From the NCBI GenBank assembly GCA_002633005.1, contig NMRA01000397.1, positions 1-64,000 of the forward strand: a stretch of 64,000 nucleotides of DNA. Reading direction: 5' to 3'. The translations under genes and the position numbers were made by a program. The DNA comes from Phoronis australis (taxonomy: Eukaryota; Animalia; Phoronida). Positions 1-11,600 of the stretch are shown here, piece by piece. The notes under the pieces were generated by a model, which saw only the letters and a list, made by a program, of their open reading frames with translations, was not told where the DNA came from and did no database searches. Positions within the stretch are counted from its first letter, which is position 1. The number at the start of each line of letters is the position of its first letter.

Positions 1-733
1 AGAGGACGGTTGACGATGATTTTCCGACGATTTCGACTACTGTGGCGCCTCCTAGTGGCAGTTTTGTTTTTTTGCACATATGGCTGTATCTCCTACACCG
101 TTCGCAGGATCTTTACGAAATTGTGTAAGTATATTTATATGATGTTAACAACGAAAGATGACGACTTTTGGACGGATCCGATTACCGTTGTGCCCCCTAG
201 TGGCAATTTTAATTTTTTTTACGCTTACCTTTGTATCTTCACAAGTCCTTAACGGATTTTCATGAAATTTGGTATGTAGGCACCTATTAGTGAGATGATG
301 CTATCCTCCCGTTTTCAGATTGATTTGACATAGTTTGCGCCACCTAGTGGCCATTTTTAGTGTTTTTGAGTCTGTTTTTGTGCGTCCACCCCTCTATCAA
401 CCAAACCGCTCAAAGGATGATTGTGAAAATTGGCATGTATATGCTTACTATGTATAGGACGGTTGACGATGATTTTCCGACGATTTCTACTACTGTGGCG
501 CCTCCTAGTGGCAGTTTTGTTTTTTTTTGCGCCTATGGCTGTATCTCCTAAAGCTTTCGCAGGATTTTTACGAAATTGTGTAAGTATATTTATATGATGT
601 TAACAACGGAAGATGACGACTTTTGGACGGATCCGACTACCGGTGTGCCCCCTAGGGGCAATTTTATTTTGTTACGCTTACCTTTGTATCTTCAAAAGTC
701 CTGAACGGATTTTCATGAAATTTGGTATGTAGA
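1..733 (+). mobile_element. HINE/Helentron-type non-autonomous element, central tandem-repeat region (partial, 5' end outside window)
   Basis: 453-bp higher-order repeat (tgtggcgcctcctagtggca at 41 and 494) built from three ~150-bp subunits. Same sequence as the interior of the complete copies at 3243, 11134 and 14987. Confidence 0.8.
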
Positions 734-941
734 ACCACGTATATGTGGCTCGCAATTGAAAATAAAAATTATATGACCATCAATTCTGCTTTCTTGATTT
801 TAATGATTATATCTATTTCATGTGTTATATTTTTCAAATATCAATTTCGACCAAGTTGAATTTTAAAATTAAAACACCTAATTCTTTCGTCCAAAGCATA
901 ACCTCGTTTTAGAGCTCAATTTCAGTTAACTGGTCAGAACA

Positions 942-1104
942 CAGTCAGATTTAGAGGGGAGCCAAGGGGGCCATGCCCCCCCCCATAAAATTCTTCCAGA
1001 TTCCATTTGGCAGTTCAAGAGCTCGAATGTCTTCTGACGGGCAAAATACTGGCTAATACTCTGCCTTTCCCCCCCCCCTAACTCAAAGTCCTGGATCTCC
1101 CCTG
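942..1104. mobile_element. Small GC-rich hAT-like MITE
   Basis: cagtcagatttagagggg...gtcctggatctcccctg with G/C runs, matching the common CAG(G)...CCTG MITE pattern. No clear target-site duplication (TSD). Confidence 0.4.
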
Positions 1105-1589
1105 GAACGAGCATAGTTCAGTATCATGTTTCTTCAGAAGCCTCGTTCATATCCGAGAGGAAAGGTGCCTGTGCGGCCTTCTGAGGGGAAGGTTTCGCTG
1201 AGCGACGGGTCAGGGAAAAATCTACTGACCTCCCGATCACCATCAATAGCACCCCGCCCTGTTGCAAGCTCTCATCACTCTGTCTCAAGTAGCATTTTCA
1301 GTGGCTGAACTAGGATACCATGAGGGGAGGGCCCGACATCTTCGGAGAAGCGGGCAAAGCACAATTGTACGCACGCAGTCGGCCCGGAAGTTGCAGGCGC
1401 CAAGGATGTATACATTCTGCTCAGGAAATCTGTCGTTGGACTAAAAAAGGGGAATGTCTTTTTTGTAAAGAAAAATGCATCGCGCTTCAACCCATAGTCA
1501 TGAAACACAGCCTGGCTGACCGAAGATTCTCCGGTCCTCGTTGCTATGGCGGCATCCGAGATGCGACAATTTATGATTCGAAAAAAGTT

Positions 1590-2646
1590 ATAAATTTTAC
1601 ACGGACAAATTTTCCTTCGTCGCGGCGTATGGCAAGGACCCAACGCTTCCGAATCCCAAAGTCCTTAGGGATTGTAAAACAGACAGTTGAATGTCCATAT
1701 TTTTTCTAGCTGTTCGAGCAACGCAGAGCACAACTACGCGGATAAGCCACCAGGGCTATCGTAGCGAGCCTCGTTTTGGAACGCGCCTCCTGTCAGCGTA
1801 AATAGGGTCTATACTCCCAAACTCGATGCAGTAAAATAGTAAAATCCAAACCTGTCACAGTGCGGAGTTGAAACAGGTCATGGAGAACATTGCTGATACC
1901 ATAAACATGCTGTGAAAAGCCAAATCGTGGAACCTGGTCTCGAACAATAACAAACTGCCTGTTCTTTGGAAACCTGAAAACATCTCAAATTCAAATCTCC
2001 CTCCAATAGGAGTGTGTCACGGGACACTCGAGTAAGTGGGACAGTTCTTCCTCTGTACGTGAGACGATAATGAGTGCACCCCAGTACGCAGCAACAGCGT
2101 GGCATGTTGACTGACTCGTAANTATAAATTTTACACAGACATATTTTCCTTCGTCGCGGCGTATGGCAAGGACCCAACGCTTCCGAATCCCAACGTCCTT
2201 AGGGATTGTAAAACACACAGTTGAGTGTCCGTATTTTTTCTAGCTGTTCGAGCAACGCAGAGCACAACTACGCGGATAAGCCACCAGGGCTATCGTAGCA
2301 AGCCTCGTTTTGGAACACGCCTCCTGTCGGCGTGAATAGGGTCTATACTCCCAAACTCGATGCAGTAAAATCCAAACCTGTCACAGTGCGGAGTTGAAAC
2401 AGGTCATGGAGAACATTGCTGATACCATAAACATGCTGTGAAAAGCCAAATCGTGGAACCTGGTCTCGAACAATAACAAACTGCCTGTTCTTTGGAAACC
2501 TGAAAACATCTCAAATTCAAATCTCCCTCCATTGGGAGTGTGTCGCGGGACACTCGAGTAAGTGGGACAGTTCTTCCTCTGTACGTGAGACGATAATGAG
2601 TACACCCCAGTACGCAGCAACAGCGTGGCATGTTGACTGACTCGTA
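1590..2646. repeat. ~530-bp direct tandem duplication
   Basis: 1590-2121 and 2123-2646 are near-identical, with an 'n' at the junction (2122). Confidence 0.9.
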
Positions 2647-3242
2647 AGCAAAAGCAAACGACGACCGAACTTATGACAACCGAGATAGAACAATGACTGA
2701 CTCGACTGCTCTCACAGTCAGACTATATGAAAAGAAATTGGCGCGAAATTGTTGCCTCCCAAAACGTCACTTCCGGAGCAGACCACGAGTAATTAATTAA
2801 ATTACGAAAAGCAGTAAATAAGTGAAAAATATGTCTGGGATAGTCAACGAACCTTATTTTAGCTAAAAATGACATGAAAAAAGGTTGCCTTCGCCTTTAA
2901 GATGTCTTGTTGGAGCCCAATTACAGTTTTGTTGGGCAATGCTCATCACCACTCTCAGTCTACTTGTGATGTTGGTGAAAGTTTAAAGCAGAGACATTTA
3001 CAGAATTATTTTTTAATACTTTGTGGCCATCATGATGTCAAATTACCATTTTTGTGAGGTGAGACATTCACACGTTTTCAACAAAAACCATTGTGTTAAA
3101 ATATCTGAGCATAAAAGAAATTTCATCTTTGTCAACCTGTGTTGTCCAATAAAATGCGTAATTATATCAAGTGGAAGTTGCTTTTCTGCTTCCACTGTAC
3201 TAAGGAGTTCCATAATGAATGCTTGTTTTTATTTGGTACATG

Positions 3243-4432
3243 ATTTTTATGCGCCCACATATTTATATGCCGTCATCTCCCTCCGTCCGGGCGGCATCCG
3301 TCTGGCGTCCGCTGCTCTATCTCCAAAACCCTTTGACATATGTTTCATTCATAAAGGGTACGGCGTGAGTGAACTTTCGAACGGATCTGACTACTGGTGT
3401 GCCCCCTAGTGGCAATTTTACTTTTTTACGCTTACCTTTGTATCTTCAAAAGTCCTGAACGGATTTTCATGAAATTTGGTATGTAGGAACCTATTAGTGA
3501 GATGACGCTATCCTTTCGTTTTCGGATGGATTTGATATAGTTTACGCCACCTAGTGGCCATTTTTACTGTTTTCGAGTTTGCGTCCACCCCTCTATCAAC
3601 TAAACCGCTTAAAGGATGATTGTGAAAATTGGCATGTATGTGCTTACTATAAAGAAGACGGTTGACGATGATTTTCCGAAAATTTTGACTACTGTGGCGC
3701 CTCCTAGTGGCAGTTTTATTTTTCGTTTTCCTTAGTATCTTCAAAAGTCCTTAACGGATTTTCATAAAATTTAATATGTAGGCACCTGTTAGTGAGTGGA
3801 CACTATGCTTCTGTTTTCGGATGGATTCGATGTAGTTTGCGCCACCTAGTGGCCATTGTTACTGTTTTCGAGTCGGTTTTTGCGTCCACCCTCTATCAAC
3901 CAAACCGCTCAAAGGATGATTGTGAAAATTGGCATTAATGTGCTTACTATAAAGAGGACGGTTGACGATGATTTTCCGTCGATTTCGACTACTTGTGGCA
4001 CCTCCTAGTGGCTGTTTTGTTTTTGTTGCGTCTATGGCTGTATCTCCTAAACCGTTCGCAGGATCTTTACTTAATTTAGGAAGTGTATTTATATGATGTT
4101 GACTATGGATGACGACGACTTTCGAACAGATCTGACTACTGCTGTGCCACCTAGTGACAATTTTAGTTTTTTACGTTTAACTCAGTATCTTCAAAGGCGG
4201 ATCCAACGGACATTATGCCCACTAGTGGCAATTTCATTTTATTCTGTTTTCCTTTGTTTCTCTGAAGTTCCTTGACAAATTTTTATGAAATATGGCATGA
4301 TCCTGTTTTGGATGGATTGCATGTGTTTGCGCCATCTAGTGGCTATTTTTATGATACAAATAAATAACCCTAAAAGCACACCATTTGCAATGCATTCGTG
4401 GGCGCATTTCAACGTTCCACAATGCTCTTGTT
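3243..4432 (+). mobile_element. HINE/DINE-1-like non-autonomous Helentron
   Basis: 5' subterminal repeat atgcgcccac (3249), CCGT-type microsatellite, central ~150-bp repeats, 3' subterminal repeat gtgggcgcat, end gctcttgtt, T-rich flanks. Confidence 0.8.
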
Positions 4433-4475
4433 TATTTTTGTGCAATATCTCATTTACGGTTGTGATTGCTTTTAG

Positions 4476-4535
4476 TTACACAATTCCACTCGTGTCGCAT
4501 AAAATGGAGCATGTATGAGTTTAAGAAGCAGCCAG
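4476..4535 (+). CDS. CENPN: CENP-N internal exon
   Basis: tttag|TTACACAA...CAGCCAG|gtgagt; encodes TQFHSCRIKWSMYEFKKQP. Confidence 0.8.
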
Positions 4536-5589
4536 GTGAGTTCACTGTGCAGCGTCAAAGAAGCTCAAATCTTAAAAGCAGTAGTTATACTTTAGTAGAT
4601 AAGTGATTTCTCTCTTAAATTAACATTTGGTCATGAGTGGTAAATCATCTGCCTTTTTCGTAAATATTCTTTAGTTTTACGTCACGTGCCAAAGATAACT
4701 GGACAAAATGATGGTGGGTTCTGCTTGTACTCGGCCATCATGATGGTGGAGAGACGAACATGAGTCGGTACATGATAGTGGGTTCTGTTTGTACTCGGCC
4801 AACATGCTGATGTGTTCTAGTTGTACTCAGCCATCATGATGTTGTGTTCTGGTTGTACTCAGCCATCATGATGATGTGTTCTAGTTGTGCTCAGCCACGA
4901 TGATGGTGGGTTCTAGTTGTACTCAGCCATCATGATGGTGTGTTCTAGTTGTACTCAGCCATCATGATGGTGTGTTCTAGTTGTACTCAGCCATCATGAT
5001 GGTGTGTTCTAGTTGTACTCAGCCATTATGATGGTGGGTTCTGTTTGTACTCAACCATCGTCGTGGGTGGGTACTGGTTTCACTCGGCCATTATTATGTT
5101 GGGCTTTGTTTTTACTCAGCCATCGTGAATATGAATTTTGGGTCATATTATCTGATAAATTTGGCATGTAATTAGAGTCTGCAAGTAGAAAATTCCCGTT
5201 AGATGTTTTATTACACAACAGTGGCGCTTTAAAAGCATAGTTATCAATTGAAATACTGAACAGAAAGATGTAGGTACATCATGTTGTTTACAGGTGAAAG
5301 TTATGATATAGTGGACTCTGAGGAATTCGAAAACAGACTTCGTAAACAGATGACCCTGTTCTTCAACTTTGTGAGTATTCATATGGGCGATAACCAAACA
5401 GAGTGCATATGTTTAGAGATGAGGTATCTACCAGTATTATGATGCAATTTTGTTGCTCAAATAGAAGTAGAAATGCTGTAACATCATATTTTCAAAAATT
5501 TTGCCCATACAGGTAACCACAGGGATATTTTAGCTGTTTATAATTTGGGTATTTCGAAACAATGGAATCAAATGCAGGTAATTGAGATG

Positions 5590-5627
<38 letters not shown>

Positions 5628-8600
5628 NNNNNNNNNNNNNNNNNNNNNNNNNNNNNNNNNNNNNNNNNNNNNNNNNNNNNNNNNNNNNNNNNNNNNNNNN
5701 NNNNNNNNNNNNNNNNNNNNNNNNNNNNNNNNNNNNNNNNNNNNNNNNNNNNNNNNNNNNNNNNNNNNNNNNNNNNNNNNNNNNNNNNNNNNNNNNNNNN
5801 NNNNNNNNNNNNNNNNNNNNNNNNNNNNNNNNNNNNNNNNNNNNNNNNNNNNNNNNNNNNNNNNNNNNNNNNNNNNNNNNNNNNNNNNNNNNNNNNNNNN
5901 NNNNNNNNNNNNNNNNNNNNNNNNNNNNNNNNNNNNNNNNNNNNNNNNNNNNNNNNNNNNNNNNNNNNNNNNNNNNNNNNNNNNNNNNNNNNNNNNNNNN
6001 NNNNNNNNNNNNNNNNNNNNNNNNNNNNNNNNNNNNNNNNNNNNNNNNNNNNNNNNNNNNNNNNNNNNNNNNNNNNNNNNNNNNNNNNNNNNNNNNNNNN
6101 NNNNNNNNNNNNNNNNNNNNNNNNNNNNNNNNNNNNNCACACACACACACACACTTATTTTATACAGGCTTTGCTGTGCATCATATTGCACAAATCACCT
6201 AAATAATGGTAGAGTCCTTCGGTACTGTCTACAGGAATATACTTAAACAAGCTAACAACATCGAAACTAGCCTTATACGAACCCTTTCCTTTAGCATATT
6301 GATGTCATTGACGAACTTTCTAAGACAATACTTCGAATCAGAGAGGAATCAAGATCCCAATTAAAAACTTGGCAAGGCTATAAGTATAACACCTAATATA
6401 GGATACTACCAGTCTTAATGGAATACCGAGCTTATGTGTTTTTGGTAAGTCATACATTTTAGCAGGTTGTGAACCGGTAGTGCGAATACAGTGTCCTGAT
6501 CAATGACATGCAAAAAATCACTCCTTTGTAATTCAGACAAGTGCGCTATTCAAGAGGAATCTGGCTTTGATAATGCGCACGTCTGAGCGTCACGTACAAT
6601 ATACTCAGTTGCGCCTAGTGCACCTTTGAAGTACCCTCGTGTTTGTGTTATTGTTTGTAATCTCCAAAAATGCTCGTGCATTTCTGATGATATTGATTGC
6701 ATTACCAGTTTTCATATTCACCTGTTAATAAGAGGTATGTACTGGTGCTAGATCGTCCCGCTGCCAACACTGCAGTGTGTGAATCATCAGTACTTATACC
6801 TGAGGTTGCATTTACTTGTTGTTTTAATACCTTAAAAATACTATGATGGTAAGAATGCGTCATTGAACTATTAAAATCATACTTAAGTACCTCTTTCTAC
6901 AAGGTTGTTTGTATATTTGATGATAATGCAAATCTGTTGGTCTTGTTTTTTTGGCGCAGTGAGTAGTCTTTTAGAACAAGAATTTGTTGCGTAAAATACA
7001 ACTAAGAGTTTCAGAAAGTGTTGAGTAAACAAACAAGTTTTCAACATATACCATTCACATTCCAATCAGTAATATACGAGATACAAAGGAAAAAACCTGC
7101 CCAATTTGCACATGCATGGGTAGATGGCAACCGGAATGACCCACGTTGCTAGCGATCCTAGTGGCTAAATATATGCAAGTCCCCCCTTCATTAAGTACTG
7201 TTTAGATACTACTGTGAAGTAGTGTAAGGTATGTTCATACTAGCTTATCAACAGTATCAATACTACTACCAAATTTCTTTTGATACTAATGCTCAAGTTG
7301 AAATCTCAAAAAGGCTGTAACTTGTTTTTCTGTTTGCAATTTTTGTGTCCTTACATCAAAATCATTTAAGCTGCAGTTTTTCATAGCTCCCTGTGTAAAA
7401 GCGAAACATGTGCAAGAATTTCCTAACTGAGTTTCATTCAAATTTGCCAAGCCAGTTTTGATACATGATGTTTTGAAGTAAGCCAAATTTCGACATCTTT
7501 GATTTCTAATAACCTTGGTCCTTGTTTATGCCAACAGGAGATGTGTGTTGAAAGTTACTCGGGTGCCATATGGACAAGACTGTATGTCAAGGAGAATCGA
7601 TTTCTTCAGTCCAATGTGATATTTATCGTGTATTACCCCCGCACCCCTTTCATTCTTCTGTCAAAAGTGAAGGCCAACCACCAAGATTACATCCTTCAGG
7701 TAATCATTTAACTTACTTTATTGGTTTTGTTGGTTGTATTGGCGTGTTTTTATTAAACGACTAACCTGTGTTGGGTTATCGGGTTTCAAGTTTGGAGTGA
7801 TTGATTTTGACTGTTGGAAAATGTAGTTCATTGAATATGGTTTGTTTATCCCATGCGAGTGCAATACGGCCATGCAATATTGTTTTCCATATTTACCTCT
7901 CGTACTACTTCAACAGTGACCTCTGACATGGAAAGTTCAAAAGGTAGGTCAATGTCAACTCGACGATAGCCGATTCGATCATCAAAATTCTGGAAATAGT
8001 TTAAAGTAATACAATTGCATCAGTGTAAATACAACTCAACATGCAATCAGGTCCCATTCCTAACATCTGGAACAGGACTGTTAATTATATGACAGTTCTG
8101 TCTCAGTTTTCAATTGCTAAATATTATGTCGTCTGCAACTCAGGCGCTGATTCCTCAGTAACTACAATATCAAATGTTGTTATTTAACTATTTTCAGGAG
8201 ATATTACAAGTTCAATGCACAGTTACCATTGTTTTCATCTTTCTTGTCTCTTTTCAAGTAATATAACCTTACATTTGAAACTGTTTCTTTTACTAGAGAA
8301 AACTTGCAAACTAACATACAACTGCATACATATAGGATGTGATCCGTCACGTGAACAGTCACAGCATTTAAAAAATCTGCCGAAAAAATGAATAAAACTT
8401 AGGAATTCAAAGCCTACGGTCAGCAAATCAAAATCTTTGGATCCCATTTAAATTTGCGATTTCAGTTAATAATTCGCAAATATTTTGAAAATCAAAGACT
8501 CACATAACATTATGTGTTATTTTTTTGCTTAAAAGGCTGAGAAGGTTTTTTCTTGAAATTGTGGCTTTTATTTTATAAATTGGACCCGAATTATTTGTCA

Positions 8601-11600
8601 CTGTTTATGACCAAATAAGATGACACTAAATCAAGCCTCACAACTCTAACAATAGATCACCTTTGGGCACATGAGGTATTGGAGCTTATGGCTTTTGATG
8701 TTGTGGCATACAGTACAAGTCAGAAGTAGACAAAATGACCCATGATTACCCATCGTGGTGGCTGTTAGGAAGCTGAATTCACCATCTGAGTAGGTTTTCA
8801 TTACGACCAAGAATGAAGAGGAGTTAACAGGGACAGTTATTTAGGTGACTAAACCGTTCTGTAATTAGAATTTTGTCGCCCTGTTTGTTAGCAATTTTTG
8901 CTGCAAACAGGATCGGTTGTTATGTTGGGAAAACCATATTTTGTCTTGATTACTTTTGTGTTATACTGTACTGCTTTCCTGGGGCTCTGGGCTAAAAATG
9001 CACTAGCTCCTGTAGGGATGTTTGGAAGACTGGAACTGAAGACTAAATAAATGTAATTAGTGTTTCAGTCATTGCCTTTCAGTGATAGTGGCGGTAAGTA
9101 TTGGAAAGTTACTTGTCAGTGTCAGGAAAATTTTTTGAAACCTCTGTCTTTCGATCTCATCACGAGACCTTTATCGGGTGGAATGGCGGGTAAGTGGATC
9201 CTCGCCCATATCTGTTATGCCATGGTTGTCTTGTGTTGTGAGATGTGACCTCTGTCACATTGTTGCAAGAAATTAATTGTGATAGATGGCGGGAAGATCA
9301 TAGCCAATGTCATGCAAGCGTATTTCCACCACTTAGCATAACTTCCTGGTCCTTTATTTGTTCTCCATCACCAAGATGGTATCATTATCATCGTACAACA
9401 TCTTGTCATAGAATGCCACCATCTTGGTGAGAGAAAACAAATACTGGTGCAGGAAGTTATGCGAAGTGGTGGAAATCCGCTTGCGTGCTCCATCACTCAA
9501 TAGAGTCTTGGGCTATGATCTTCCGATATTTATCAGAATTTATCCCCTTCAGCGATCCAACAGAGGTCACATCTCATAACACAAGACAATGATGACATGA
9601 TAGACATAGGTGAGGCTCCAGTTACCTGCCATTCCACCCGACAAAGGTCTCGAGATGAGGTAATTTAAAAAAAAACTTTCATAACTCCAACAGGTAACTT
9701 TCGATTACTCATATTCTATTTGAGTCAGTGACAAGAACATTCATTCTGCTATATTTGTGCTAATTGTTGTTATTGTCACTTAATTAGTTATTGCAATATT
9801 TTCTAACAGTACACATAGACAAGGGAATAAAATAGAGATAGAAATGGAAAGAGTGATTTCTTGGATAATCCAGGAAAGCATGAAGGATAACTATTTTCAT
9901 CTTCACTTTCAAAATTCAATTAAAATACTGGTGTCTTCATAAAGCATTGTGTGTTTTTGTAGTCCTGTAATGACTACAGTTCAAATTACAAAAATGAGTA
10001 CAAGTTTTTCATGTCTTCCTCCACTCTGTGTGTTACAGTCTTTGATGAACATAGTGGACGTGAGTGAGTTGCGAGACTGCAGGCTAACTGGTTATCACCT
10101 GGACTCTCTGGCACAGCTCGGTTTGAACAGGCACTCACAGGTATTGTTCATGGACTGCAAAAAATCTCACCAATTTCAGACAAAATTAATGTCAAAACTT
10201 CATTTTTTTTTCATTTTCAGAGACTTATAACATTGTGAATGCCTACATTTTTAAAAGTATTTTCTGTTTGTAGCTATGGTACAGATCTTACATATGGCAA
10301 AGTATCATTCTGGTAGTGTATATATCATTTAAGAAAAAATGAGGAAATGAAATTTCACCTGTCCCCATAATGTGTTCTTAATAGGTGAGATTTTATTGCA
10401 GAAATGCTTGAATGAGTTATCTTCTTGGTGTTAAAGACATCCTTTTACGCGATTATAACACAGGAGTTTTGTCAGTCTAGAGACATCACTGAAAGAGAAA
10501 CATTTTGTAAATTACAGCCCTGCCAGTATTCGTGTTTTTTACTTGTAATTCATACAAAATGAAGTTATGTGCCATTCAGCTCAAGACAACCAATTTGTTG
10601 GCACTCCACCAGAAGATTAAAAATTGTTTTGAAAAATCCGTATTTGGCTCTGATTGTTTTAAAAATATGGTTACATGTTGAAAGAGCATCAGGTCTGAAA
10701 ATCGGTAAGTCTTCCCAAATTTGACATTCTTAAGTTTTCTTTTGTGTATTTGGTTGTCTTTAAGGCTTTTACCAAAGCTTTCCATATACTCTTTGTTCCC
10801 CAGTCTGCTGTTAAGCAATGATTGTTTTGAAAGTTAATTGATGCCTAGGTGAACAATCATATGCCCGGATTTTTCATTTAAATTCTCTTTAAGGTACTTA
10901 TTGACTGTTAGACTTCCGAAAATTAGCACCACTTCTGCTTTAAAAATGCTGAGTAGTAAGGTTGCTAAAAAAACATCCAAAATTCTGTTTTGTACAATAC
11001 AAGTGTTTTGATTAATTCTCATAATTTATTCATGGAGCACTTTGTTGAAAAAATACCACTTCAGTTTTGATATTCAAAAGGTTGAAAGTTTGATTTTCAA
11101 TCAAAACACTATTAAACTGGTTACAGAAACATGATTATGCGCCCACATTTTATGTGTGGACGCATTATGTCGTCATTTTCGTCCGTCCGGCATCCGCTGC
11201 TCTATCTCCAAAACCCCTTGATGTACGTTCATGAAATTTTCGAGTTCCTCCCATGGATGGGACGGCATGAACGAATTTTCGGACGGCTCTGACAATTGGT
11301 GTGCCCCCTAGTGGCAATTTTAGTTTTTTACGCTTACATCTGTATCTTCAAAAGTCCTGAATGGATTTTAATGAAGTTTGGTTTGTAGGCACCTATTAGT
11401 GAGATGATGCGATCTTCTCGTTGTCGGATGGATTCAACCTAGTTTGCGCCACCTTGTGGCCATTTTTACTGTTTTTCAGTCTTTTTTTGCGTCCACCCTT
11501 CTATCAACCAAACCGCTTTAAGCGTGATTGTGAAAATTGGCATATATGTTCTTACTATAATGAGGAAGGCTGACGTTGGTTTTCCAACGATTTCGTCTAC

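Larger units (their letters stand above)
735..2897 (-). mobile_element. Decayed Kolobok-like DNA transposon fragment with THAP-domain remnants
   Basis: Right terminus ggttgccttcgcct|ttaa (TTAA-AGG type end). Minus-strand THAP pieces MPRCCCVLGCT (2631) and CFTIPKDVGIRKRWVLAIRRDEG (~2220-2140). The left boundary is uncertain. Confidence 0.55.

Noticed and set aside
5492-6246. Long ORFs of 200+ aa
   Set aside because: Artefacts of the N gap and the CA microsatellite.
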